Virus record (IMG/VR): IMGVR_UViG_3300038301_000548
Location: 126,699-190,698 of that record
Strand: one strand, 5' to 3'
Length of the DNA stretch: 64,000 nucleotides
Source: a virus
The translations under genes were made by a program, and so were the position numbers. Shown piece after piece: positions 28,685 through 36,730 of this stretch; within the stretch, counting starts at the first letter, position 1; the number at the start of each line of letters is the position of its first letter. The notes beneath the pieces are model-generated. The model made no database searches. It was not told the DNA's origin and was given only the letters and a program-made list of their open reading frames with translations.

Positions 28685-30031
28685 CTATTTTCTCGTAGTT
28701 CTGGCGGCTACCTTGTCTAAGCCGCTTGTTGCAGTGTCGACTATATCAACAAAGGGGTTTCTCTCAGGGTAAAGGTCTTGACCAGGAGTGACTGCTTTCT
28801 TTTTTCCTTTAGATTTGATCCAAACTTTTGTATTTCTACTTTTCTTGAAAGACTTTAATAACTTCTTAGCCAAGGGGCGCCCCCTTTTCACAGACTCTGG
28901 GGCGAACACTCTGACATGTATATGGTTTTTATGATTACTTACCTTGCCATTAAGATTGATTTTGCCATTAGGTTTTCCTTTTGTTTTGGGCGCGCCCACA
29001 TGCCACGAGGACTTTTCCCCAAAAAGGGTAGCAGCTACCTTCAGAGAACTATGTAGGGACTTATCTATGATAGTCATTTCGACTAGGCCAGACTTAGCAA
29101 GGCCCGCGATCAGTTTCCAAGTTCTTATTGGATCAAACGTACCTAGGAGAACTTTCAGCGCGGTGATTCGATCCGTCCAGTCTTTATCCGGGTAAGTTGT
29201 TACTATGCTTTCTAGCTCTGCTCTGCCTATAAATTCCGGTGTTAAAGCTCTAGGAGGAGATGCTACTTTGAACCCTTCAACCATCTCATATCCAGGCATC
29301 ATATAGAAACCTAAATCTCCATCTTGGCCGGTCTGATGGGATCCATGGCCGGCGACTTTGCGTCCTCCGTGGTAAGTGTTCCCGTAGATGTCAGTATGAT
29401 GAGGGGCCACGCCTAAATCCTCTATCAGTAATTTAGATGTCTCTACTGGAATGATCTTTTCTTTTTTTAAAAAATCAATATACTTCTGGTCTTCATTCTC
29501 CACGACGGACTGGCCAGGTTCTCCTAGGATATAGGCTAGCCATAATCTATCATACTCTTCCTGCTTGGTTGCGTGGACGTGTGCGATGCCTTTTTTTATT
29601 GTTTTTATTAGCTCGTTAGTTCCATAATGATTCTTCTTTCCATTGCCCTGCTTGTTTGCGCCTAGTTCCCAGCGCGGGTCTGTTCCTATGTGTTCTCCGT
29701 TAAGAAATAGGCCGTATGGAGCTGGCGCCCTGATTTTTATTTTTTTAGCAGTCTTTGTGCCGTCGTCATTTGTTATTGTTTTTGTTTTGTATTTTGGCTT
29801 TTTGCCGGTTCCGCGGAGACTCCCTATAACAGCTGATTTCTTTGTTTTTTCTGGCTCTGGTCGACGAATTGATTCTGGGGGCTCTAGGTCTTCCTCTGGA
29901 GGGTAGTCCACTGTGATTCCTCCCTCTAGACTATTATCCATAGACAGCCAGGGAGTTGCTTCTTGTTCTTGCAAGTTTGCTTCTTTTTCTTTGAAGCTTC
30001 TCCAATATTGTAATATTTCTGTCATCAACAT
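28685..30031 (-). CDS. mepA: Penicillin-insensitive murein endopeptidase (MepA-like)
   Basis: HYGTNELI, GHGSHQTGQDGDLGF (HxSHQxGxDxD), HKNHIHVRV. Confidence 0.75.
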   Translation of the reverse strand: MLMTEILQYWRSFKEKEANLQEQEATPWLSMDNSLEGGITVDYPPEEDLEPPESIRRPEPEKTKKSAVIGSLRGTGKKPKYKTKTITNDDGTKTAKKIKIRAPAPYGLFLNGEHIGTDPRWELGANKQGNGKKNHYGTNELIKTIKKGIAHVHATKQEEYDRLWLAYILGEPGQSVVENEDQKYIDFLKKEKIIPVETSKLLIEDLGVAPHHTDIYGNTYHGGRKVAGHGSHQTGQDGDLGFYMMPGYEMVEGFKVASPPRALTPEFIGRAELESIVTTYPDKDWTDRITALKVLLGTFDPIRTWKLIAGLAKSGLVEMTIIDKSLHSSLKVAATLFGEKSSWHVGAPKTKGKPNGKINLNGKVSNHKNHIHVRVFAPESVKRGRPLAKKLLKSFKKSRNTKVWIKSKGKKKAVTPGQDLYPERNPFVDIVDTATSGLDKVAARTTRK

Positions 30032-30055
30032 TTTTTTTCTCCTTTGCTTCCTCAG

Positions 30056-30883
30056 TTACCTTACACGCAGGTTAGAAAAAGCAGATTCTCCCCCTGGGAG
30101 CCAATTACGATCAACATCGCCGGGGATGCCTTGAATGCTGCCAGAGCCAGTCCACTGCCATATTGACCAATCATTCCAATTTCCTAAACGATCTTTTTTA
30201 ATCCCTGACTTAAAGGCTTTTTGGCTATAGTAGGCATGCCATAATTCATACTCGTCCAAGCCAGTTGTATCCCTGTTCAAGTGATACTTCACCATGTTCC
30301 CTCCAGTATAAAGGATTGGCTTGGTGCCAAGCTTCTTCTCAGTTTGCCTTAGAAACGTCAAAACCCAGTCTCTTAGTGAGTTTGCGGTGTGGGTGCCGGC
30401 AGTTTCGAAGTCTAAAACTGGTCTCATACCACCAGTGAAAACTGGGCAGTTTTTTGCAAAATTCTCTATTTCCTTGTGGGGGTCATCATGCAGATCTGGT
30501 CTTGCGAAGTGATAGCCGCCGGCGGGTATATTGACTGACTTAGCTCCGGAGAAATGTGATTTAATTGTTTTCTGTACATGACTATTACCCTCTGTTGTTT
30601 TGATCCAACAGAAATTAGCCAGGCCTGATTGTTTTAAGGTATTCCAATCTATATTCTTCTGATAGGCACTAATGTCTATCCCTGCGTAGATTTCTATTGC
30701 CATGGAGGCTCGAGTTGCTGGTCCGACTTTAGAATCTATCGTAAGGCCATTTTCAGATTGGTATTGCTTTACTGCTTGTTTTGTTATGGGGCCAAAATCG
30801 CCGTCTGGTTCGAGATTCAAGACTTGCTGAATTCTCTTTACTTCTTGGCCTTTACTTCCTTCTTCATGAACCCAATATTTCAT
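30056..30883 (-). CDS. Endolysin: PG-binding domain + GH25 lysozyme
   Basis: GSKGQEVKRIQQVL..DGDFGPITKQAVKQYQ (PGBD); GIDISAYQ, KTTEG, GGYHFA, VLDFE, WQWTGSG..DVDRN (GH25). Confidence 0.92.
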   Translation of the reverse strand: MKYWVHEEGSKGQEVKRIQQVLNLEPDGDFGPITKQAVKQYQSENGLTIDSKVGPATRASMAIEIYAGIDISAYQKNIDWNTLKQSGLANFCWIKTTEGNSHVQKTIKSHFSGAKSVNIPAGGYHFARPDLHDDPHKEIENFAKNCPVFTGGMRPVLDFETAGTHTANSLRDWVLTFLRQTEKKLGTKPILYTGGNMVKYHLNRDTTGLDEYELWHAYYSQKAFKSGIKKDRLGNWNDWSIWQWTGSGSIQGIPGDVDRNWLPGGESAFSNLRVR

Positions 30884-30885
30884 AA

Positions 30886-31311
30886 TTACACTCGAGGAGA
30901 TAATCTATTTATCAGGTCCTGAATCTCACTATCGTCCATAGCTGATAGATTATTTTTTATGTTGGCTAACATTACCTCTACTTGCTCCAAGGCGCGGTTT
31001 CTGTCCAGTGGCATGGTTAGTTCTTCTTCTAATTGGCCGTGATCTCTTGCTTTATTTCCTGCGATGTATCGAGCTGCTGATGACATATAGTCTCCTGCCT
31101 TTGTGATCTTCGCTTCAAGCCACTCAGGTAAATCGTCTTCGTCAGTGACCAGGTCAAGTAGGACAGTCGTATCCGCTACTAGATGAGCTAGCGTGGTCCT
31201 ATGCATACGAGCCTCTTCACCATGGTGAGAATTCTTATACTTACCAGGACCGCTAGCACATGTGCTGGCTGCATATTCTGTTATTTTTAATTTTATTGTC
31301 TTGTTATTCAT
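30886..31311 (-). CDS. Conserved phage hypothetical, probable head-associated protein
   Basis: DDLPEWLEAKITKAGDYM motif; ACTAATTA motif upstream; N-terminus ends LKITE. Confidence 0.6.
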   Translation of the reverse strand: MNNKTIKLKITEYAASTCASGPGKYKNSHHGEEARMHRTTLAHLVADTTVLLDLVTDEDDLPEWLEAKITKAGDYMSSAARYIAGNKARDHGQLEEELTMPLDRNRALEQVEVMLANIKNNLSAMDDSEIQDLINRLSPRV

Positions 31312-31387
31312 GTAGGGTCCCCATAGATGGTCTAGCGATCTTAATTAATTAGTAAAATTTGACAACAAAAGTTTGAATTATTGAAAT

Positions 31388-31675
31388 TTAAAAAGAATTC
31401 CTCAAAAGATACAAGATAGGATCCCGAGATTTTTTCATATGTTCATTCTTTTCTTTTTCTCTTAGCTTGCGTAATATAACTTCTTCTTCTGATAATTTCT
31501 TGAAGATGGAGTCTTTGAAGGCAACGGTACCGTATGAGTCTTGGGGGATCTTAAAGTTGTAGATAATTCTCTTATTTCTCGTGTCGACTCTATCAAAAAC
31601 AAAAGTTGTCCCGGGAGGGTAGTATTTACCTCGAGGAGAGACCCACCCTCTCTTAAGGGTAGCTTTAATTATCAT
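31388..31675 (-). CDS. Hypothetical protein
   Basis: 95-aa ORF. Confidence 0.55.
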   Translation of the reverse strand: MIIKATLKRGWVSPRGKYYPPGTTFVFDRVDTRNKRIIYNFKIPQDSYGTVAFKDSIFKKLSEEEVILRKLREKEKNEHMKKSRDPILYLLRNSF

Positions 31676-31690
31676 GGAATCGATTTAGTA

Positions 31691-32719
31691 TCAAATACCA
31701 GCCCAGCTTTTGAATCTTGATAACATATTTGAATATATCGAACCCTCTTCTTTGTCCGGTTTACAACCTTTCGGATATAGGGGTTGACCATTTATCTTTT
31801 GAGCGCATGGAAGTTGGGCCCTTGCGTAAGCCATTAGTGCTGATTTCCACATTGACAACCCTCTAACTAACTCATCCTTATTTTCAATCTTTTTATGAAG
31901 AGCTGCGACGGAGTCAGAGTCTCCTTCTGATTCTGCTTTTTTTGTTTCTTCATAATAATCCTCTATGGAGAATTCTGATGTCTTCTTTATGTTTTCTATA
32001 TTCTTGTTTACCACATCCTCAAATGTTAAATTAAACCTCTTCGCCTCTTCGTAGTATCCTCGAGCGTGGGCTTCGACTTCATGAGAACTCATATAATAGC
32101 TCAAATCTTTCCCGAGTTCAACTGTTTTCGAGCTGGCGGTGACAGCCTGGCGCGCATGAGTTAATTCATGAGCTAATGCTTCTGTAATTTTGATTCGGAT
32201 GTTCTCTAGTTGTTTGCGGAAAAGAGCTACAGTACTTACTTCTAACTCATTGATTATAATTTTTATATTTAATTCTGTCCTTTCTAATGAATATTCAGAA
32301 TTTGCATCAACAAATATTTGATCTTTTGAGCCAAAACTGCCGGCGACCACAAAAGGTCGCGAATCATGTTCGCTGCTTCTTAAAATTACCCTTAAATTAA
32401 AGACCTCTATTGGGGATATTCCAACTTTTCTGTTGGAGCGTCGCTGGCGCCCTCGATAATCAGAAGATGAACCTGAGTACTCGTCAGGCAGGCCATCCTG
32501 AAAACCGTCTGCATAAGGGTCTTTTCCAAGTTTCCAACTCCAATTGTTATACTGGATATTAAAGGCTTCCCTTAGTGTGTCTTCTGGGTTTGAGTTCTTT
32601 GTTTTGTGGGTCAAAAGAGTCATGATAGCTCGCGACCATGTGGTGACTAGGCTTCGGACCTGGGTCTCGGTTATAATTTGCTCTTCAAACCCTTTCCAAT
32701 TTTCCATTATAAGTTTCAT
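31691..32719 (-). CDS. Cassette gene: HExxH zincin-like protein with MKLIMENW leader
   Basis: ALAHELTHARQ..YYMSSHEVEAHARG; N-terminus MKLIMENWKGFEEQIITE. Confidence 0.7.
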   Translation of the reverse strand: MKLIMENWKGFEEQIITETQVRSLVTTWSRAIMTLLTHKTKNSNPEDTLREAFNIQYNNWSWKLGKDPYADGFQDGLPDEYSGSSSDYRGRQRRSNRKVGISPIEVFNLRVILRSSEHDSRPFVVAGSFGSKDQIFVDANSEYSLERTELNIKIIINELEVSTVALFRKQLENIRIKITEALAHELTHARQAVTASSKTVELGKDLSYYMSSHEVEAHARGYYEEAKRFNLTFEDVVNKNIENIKKTSEFSIEDYYEETKKAESEGDSDSVAALHKKIENKDELVRGLSMWKSALMAYARAQLPCAQKINGQPLYPKGCKPDKEEGSIYSNMLSRFKSWAGI

Positions 32720-32750
32720 AATATTAAATAGTTTCCAATATAAGAAAAGT

Positions 32751-32770
32751 TGGTGGAGGTGGCGGGAGTT
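32751..32770 (-). repeat. tmRNA 3'-end-like repeat, copy 1
   Basis: Minus strand TAACTCCCGCCACCTCCACCA then ACTTTTCTTAT; the TAA is the stop of ORF 32769..33086. Confidence 0.85.
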
Positions 32771-33086
32771 ATGCTAAATTTCTGTCTCCAAGATTGCCCT
32801 TTAGGCGCTGCAGCATTATATTAACAATCAGGAATTTTTCTAACTCTGGATTTCCGGAGGAATATTTTTTTGCTAATTCTTCTGGTGGGGTGGCGGAGGC
32901 TATTTCTCCAGATTTCTGCATGGCGACCGTCACTTCGTATGCATCATCTAACCAATCAGGCGCGATGTCATGTTGGTCTTCCATCTCCTGCTGTGACCAA
33001 CGGCGCCCAAGGTCGTATTTCTGCTGATCTGAATGCTCCTCTGTTACGAACTTTCTCCAGTTTTCCATTATAAGTTTATGTTTCAT
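32769..33086 (-). CDS. Cassette gene, hypothetical, MKHKLIMENW leader
   Basis: ACTACTTA motif 5 nt upstream; stop fused to repeat copy 1. Confidence 0.75.
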   Translation of the reverse strand: MKHKLIMENWRKFVTEEHSDQQKYDLGRRWSQQEMEDQHDIAPDWLDDAYEVTVAMQKSGEIASATPPEELAKKYSSGNPELEKFLIVNIMLQRLKGNLGDRNLA

Positions 33087-33106
33087 AATAATAAGTAGTC
33101 CCCAAA

Positions 33107-33193
33107 ATAAGAAAAGTTGGTGGACAAAAGGTATACAGCTAGAGCCAGGTGTATACCTTTTGTTACGGTGTGGATTTGGAGGTGGCGGGAGTT
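33107..33193 (-). repeat. tmRNA 3'-end-like repeat, copy 2, split by a 52-nt hairpin-bearing insert
   Basis: Core TAACTCCCGCCACCTCCA at 33177-33193; tail TCCACCAACTTTTCTTAT at 33107-33124; a 14-bp inverted repeat at 33124-33137 / 33150-33163 lies between them. Confidence 0.8.
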
Positions 33194-33854
33194 AGTTGGC
33201 ACTTGTAATGCGGGGGTCGCTATATGTGTCTTTTATCTCATCTTCGGCCTTTTCAGCTGCATAATCTTTGCCTGATTTATCTGTTCCGGATGTTGAAATA
33301 ATTTTTGTTATTGCCTCTATCTTGTTTAGCCAACTAATATTTATTTTCTTTCCCTGGGTAATTAATCTCTTTTGCAATTTTGCCGCGCGTGGATTTATTT
33401 TGGGATCCCCCCCAGCATAACGAATAGACATTATAACTGCTTGGTGAAGATCTTGAAACGCGCTTCGATTGTGTTTTCCCAATGTGGCTCTCATACTGTC
33501 AAGAAGAACGCGATGGCTGCAGAATTCTTCCTGGCCGGGTGAAGTGGAACACTCACTATTGCGCGCAGAGGTAAGATCTGATAATGTTGTATAGTAGGCA
33601 TTATCTCCTTTGTATAAAGCACTAAAATCAGATTCTTGTTTTGTTTTGATTTTGCCCGTGCGCGTTTCCTCTTCCATCTGATATATTCTAACAGTGGCTG
33701 GGTTGAATTTTTTCCCTTTTACAAAATTCTCGTACCATACTGCAATTAATATATACTTTTCATTTTCAGACATCGCTCTTGCATAAGATGAGTGCTTCGC
33801 CTCTTCCTCTGCTAGGAACTTCTTCCAGTTTTCCATTATAAGTTTATGTTTCAT
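33192..33854 (-). CDS. Cassette gene, hypothetical, MKHKLIMENW leader
   Basis: Its 5' region (about 33825-33894) is nearly identical to that of ORF 32769..33086 (about 33057-33124). Confidence 0.75.
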   Translation of the reverse strand: MKHKLIMENWKKFLAEEEAKHSSYARAMSENEKYILIAVWYENFVKGKKFNPATVRIYQMEEETRTGKIKTKQESDFSALYKGDNAYYTTLSDLTSARNSECSTSPGQEEFCSHRVLLDSMRATLGKHNRSAFQDLHQAVIMSIRYAGGDPKINPRAAKLQKRLITQGKKINISWLNKIEAITKIISTSGTDKSGKDYAAEKAEDEIKDTYSDPRITSAN

Positions 33855-33886
33855 AATAATAAGTAGTCTCCAAAAATAATAAAAGT

Positions 33887-33906
33887 TGGTGGAGGTGGCG
33901 GGAGTT
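33887..33906 (-). repeat. tmRNA 3'-end-like repeat, copy 3
   Basis: TAAACTCCCGCCACCTCCACCAACTTTT; the TAA is the stop of ORF 33906..34199. Confidence 0.85.
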
Positions 33907-34199
33907 TATGTTTTAGAACTTGATGTAGTGTCTGTTACGTGTGGTTGTTTTTCGTGCTTTCTTACAAGGCGCTCAAGATACTTTATTCTTTTTTGTAATT
34001 TTAAAATCTTATCTTGTGTGGCATCACGGCCAGTGTTTGGGTCTCCAAGCTCTTGCCACAAGGCGGACAAATACTGTTGGTGATGCAATGTAAACGGGAT
34101 TGTTTTGTTGGTGCTTGTGCCTTCACTCCACTCTTCTTTAAGTATCTGTCTTGTCTCTTGTTCTATCATTTCTATCAACAATTTCTTTGTGATTTTCAT
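33906..34199 (-). CDS. Cassette gene, hypothetical, MKITKKLLIEMIEQE leader
   Basis: ACTAATTA motif upstream at 34218-34225. Confidence 0.7.
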   Translation of the reverse strand: MKITKKLLIEMIEQETRQILKEEWSEGTSTNKTIPFTLHHQQYLSALWQELGDPNTGRDATQDKILKLQKRIKYLERLVRKHEKQPHVTDTTSSSKT

Positions 34200-34244
34200 T
34201 ATAAAATCTCCTTACAGTAATTAGTGCTGAATATAAGAAAAAGT

Positions 34245-34265
34245 TGGTGGAGGTGGCGGAAGTCG
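34245..34265 (-). repeat. tmRNA 3'-end-like repeat, copy 4
   Basis: CGACTTCCGCCACCTCCACCAACTTTTTCTTAT. Confidence 0.8.
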
Positions 34266-34271
34266 TTTATT

Positions 34272-34820
34272 TTACCAGTTTACGCCGGTAGTGATAGCTG
34301 TAGCCCAATAGTTGTTGACGTCGGGCACAAAACTCAAGTGAACCGGTACACTAAACACGCCGGCGTCCATTGTGTAGCCGATGGCTGCTGTCAGGTGAAC
34401 ATATTTGTCTTCTCCTGAAGGATCGTGGAATGACAACTGAGGGCCGACTGCTAATTGAATTGATTTGTCGATCTCAAACCCAACTAAAACCCGAGCTGAT
34501 GGTGATACTACGCTTTGATCTAATCCTGTGATACTCACATTTTGAATAAACAGGACATCCAACCAATCTCCCCCTGGCATACATTGCTGCAGTTCGAATC
34601 CCATTGTGAACATGTGTGGACTGTTAAGCTTCGATTCTGTGCCATCTGCATCAGGTGCGTCAGCCTTGTTGGCATAAACATAACCTAACCTGAGTCCTGA
34701 GCGCTTTGTCCATTTTTTGACACCCTCTTTATCTGTTGGGTGGGCCTTTGCTTGTGGGCACCCAATGAGTGCCAAAGTTGCGAACATTACTGTTGCTACT
34801 AAAATTATTTTCTTTAACAT
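34272..34820 (-). CDS. Cassette gene: exported, probable outer-membrane beta-barrel protein
   Basis: Signal peptide with a possible lipobox (LALIGC); alternating beta-strand pattern; C-terminal aromatic residue (AITTGVNW); own sigma70-like promoter. Confidence 0.55.
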   Translation of the reverse strand: MLKKIILVATVMFATLALIGCPQAKAHPTDKEGVKKWTKRSGLRLGYVYANKADAPDADGTESKLNSPHMFTMGFELQQCMPGGDWLDVLFIQNVSITGLDQSVVSPSARVLVGFEIDKSIQLAVGPQLSFHDPSGEDKYVHLTAAIGYTMDAGVFSVPVHLSFVPDVNNYWATAITTGVNW

Positions 34821-34853
34821 TTATATACTCCTATCTTTTTTAATGCTAGGGGT

Positions 34854-34882
34854 AGTATACAATATTTCCATCTATATGTTAA
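34854..34882 (-). promoter_or_regulatory. Sigma70-like promoter for ORF 34272..34820
   Basis: TTAACA (34882-34877), 17-nt spacer, TATACT (34859-34854); GGAG Shine-Dalgarno before the ATG. Confidence 0.55.
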
Positions 34883-34890
34883 ATAAAAGT

Positions 34891-34911
34891 TGGTGGGGGT
34901 GGCGGGAGTCA
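34891..34911 (-). repeat. tmRNA 3'-end-like repeat, copy 5
   Basis: TGACTCCCGCCACCCCCACCAACTTTT (one T>C change). Confidence 0.8.
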
Positions 34912-34997
34912 TTTTCTTTATCCTTGGACAAAACTTACCCCCCCTAGCACCAATGGTATACACCTTTTGTTTCCCACTTTGCGGGAACATAAAAATA

Positions 34998-35048
34998 TTA
35001 TTGACTAACATAAGCATAACCATCTTGACGCTCAATGTGAATAGTCAT
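34998..35048 (-). CDS. Putative 16-aa mini-ORF MTIHIERQDGYAYVSQ
   Basis: AAGGAG Shine-Dalgarno 7 nt upstream; sigma70-like promoter TCGACA-N17-TATAAT at 35118-35090; hairpin TTCCCGC-AAA-GTGGGAA downstream. Confidence 0.4.
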   Translation of the reverse strand: MTIHIERQDGYAYVSQ

Positions 35049-35194
35049 TTTCTTCTCCTTCTTTGTTTGGCGAGGATTCAAATGAGACAATTATACTCCA
35101 TTTAGAAGTAAATGTCGACCTTTTGTCTCGGATAAAACTTACTCCACTTGGCTCCAAGTGTTGACCTTTAAGGTGGAAACGCCCAAAGTTTTGG

Positions 35195-35218
35195 GTGGAT
35201 TTGGAGGTGGCGGGAGTT
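35195..35218 (-). repeat. tmRNA 3'-end-like repeat, copy 6 (variant tail AATCCAC shared with copy 2)
   Basis: AACTCCCGCCACCTCCAAATCCAC is identical to 33170-33193. Confidence 0.8.
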
Positions 35219-35242
35219 TAATCGCCATGGATCCAGAACTTT

Positions 35243-36649
35243 TTACTTGTCGATATTTTTCGTTGGGCGAACGATTATGTTTGGTCTGTTTCTTGTCGAC
35301 AGCCGCGGCAGAAGGTGTACATGAGTAGTCCGAGCATCCAAGACCGCGACGACGCCTACATCGGGAGTCGGGTGAAATGGTACCGAGCTAACATATTCTA
35401 CAGCGTGGCTTTTAACACCACGGGCGTGGGATCTTGATGGGACATTCATTCGAACGGGGGTGACCAGATTTTTTGCAAAAGCTTCTGGCCGCTTGCCGCG
35501 TGGGGTTCTATAAACATTAGTTATATGGCTTACCATATTATCTGGGCCCCCGCCAGTGGCTCCTTTGGGACCCGGATTGGTGAATATCCGGCTTGAAAAG
35601 ATCCTTCTTGCTATCTCTAGAGAAGTGAGTCCTTCTTCCGCAGATGAAATCTTTCCAAAAGTAGGTCTCGCGGGATTCAAAAGGAACCCTTTTTCTCTAA
35701 TTGCGTAATTAACATCTAACATTGTTTGGCCTTTCGATGCGTATCGCACTTTGTGAATATAATAATCGTATGAAGGATCTAAAACTTCGGAGAGATTATC
35801 CATAAGAACGATGTCCTCTTGAGCAATATCTAGCCGGTCTTTTCTCTGTGGGCGGCCACCGGCGCGTGGACCGTATCTGGGCGTTGGCGCCATGGGTGGC
35901 GCGCCGGAGAAAAAAGCGCCACCGGGTTGAATACCATCTGCCCTGTACATTCCATAATTTTCGCGAGGGACTTTTTTTGACATCTTAATTTCGCGGTTTG
36001 CGGCGTCCACTTTCGGCCGGCCGGGTTCACGGCCCCATGAATGCCTCATCGATTTCGCCAACTTTGTTTTAGAAAAAACCTTGCTAACTAATCCCAGGAT
36101 CCTGCTGATACTTACAGAAAGGGCGCCGATTCCGGCACTGATGGCGATTTGTTCGACAAGTGCTTGAGTGGCTTCCTCGATTTTTTCAAACGGAGTTAGA
36201 TAAGTTTCGCCCTGATAACTTTGGTTTTTAGTTTTAGTGGAATCTCCAAAAGCCATCCCGTCAAAGCGTCGCGGCGTAGATAAAGTGGACCCACGCTGGA
36301 CGTCACGCGTAAAATGGAAGTCTAACCAACCCGGGTTTTCGTCTTCAATAGCTTTTATTTGAGGTACCTCCTTAAAAAATTTTATTGTTTCCGATTGGGC
36401 GCGCCAAGTATCCATATCAGTAGCCAGTAACTTATCATAATAAATTTTAATCTTTCTGATAAGGCTGTTATACCACTTTTGATACTCCAAGGTTTTTTTT
36501 TCTTTTTTTTCTTTTTCTTTTTTTTCTTCTTCTTCTTCTTCTCTCTCACTTTTTTGCTTCTGTCGTTTGTGGTAAGCGCGGCGCGCCGGGTCTTCTTTAA
36601 GGATTTCAGATCCAACATAGGCGCGCCAAATTTCCATTATAAGTTTCAT
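35243..36649 (-). CDS. Cassette gene, 468 aa, MKLIMEIW leader, with a low-complexity E/K tract and a hydrophobic segment
   Basis: ORF track; ACTACTTA motif at 36670-36677; GAGGAG Shine-Dalgarno. Confidence 0.7.
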   Translation of the reverse strand: MKLIMEIWRAYVGSEILKEDPARRAYHKRQKQKSEREEEEEEKKEKEKKEKKTLEYQKWYNSLIRKIKIYYDKLLATDMDTWRAQSETIKFFKEVPQIKAIEDENPGWLDFHFTRDVQRGSTLSTPRRFDGMAFGDSTKTKNQSYQGETYLTPFEKIEEATQALVEQIAISAGIGALSVSISRILGLVSKVFSKTKLAKSMRHSWGREPGRPKVDAANREIKMSKKVPRENYGMYRADGIQPGGAFFSGAPPMAPTPRYGPRAGGRPQRKDRLDIAQEDIVLMDNLSEVLDPSYDYYIHKVRYASKGQTMLDVNYAIREKGFLLNPARPTFGKISSAEEGLTSLEIARRIFSSRIFTNPGPKGATGGGPDNMVSHITNVYRTPRGKRPEAFAKNLVTPVRMNVPSRSHARGVKSHAVEYVSSVPFHPTPDVGVVAVLDARTTHVHLLPRLSTRNRPNIIVRPTKNIDK

Positions 36650-36711
36650 ATATAAGACTCTCCTCTTTATAAGTAGTTTATATTAAGGTATTAAAGAACA
36701 AGAAAAAACTT

Positions 36712-36730
36712 GTGGAGGTGGCGGGAGTCA
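36712..36730 (-). repeat. tmRNA 3'-end-like repeat, copy 7
   Basis: TGACTCCCGCCACCTCCAC; the TGA is the stop of ORF 36728..37168. Confidence 0.8.

Noticed and set aside
27430-34880. Similarity between 27430-27458 and 34851-34878 (both translate VYNISIYM on the plus strand)
   Set aside because: About 5 mismatches in 28 AT-rich bases; one copy is inside a coding region; probably chance.
36382-36618. Poly-Lys ORF
   Set aside because: An alternative frame of the purine-rich E/K tract in ORF 35243..36649.
32751-36730. CRISPR array
   Set aside because: The intervals are 0.3-1.5 kb, irregular and contain whole genes; there is no cas operon.
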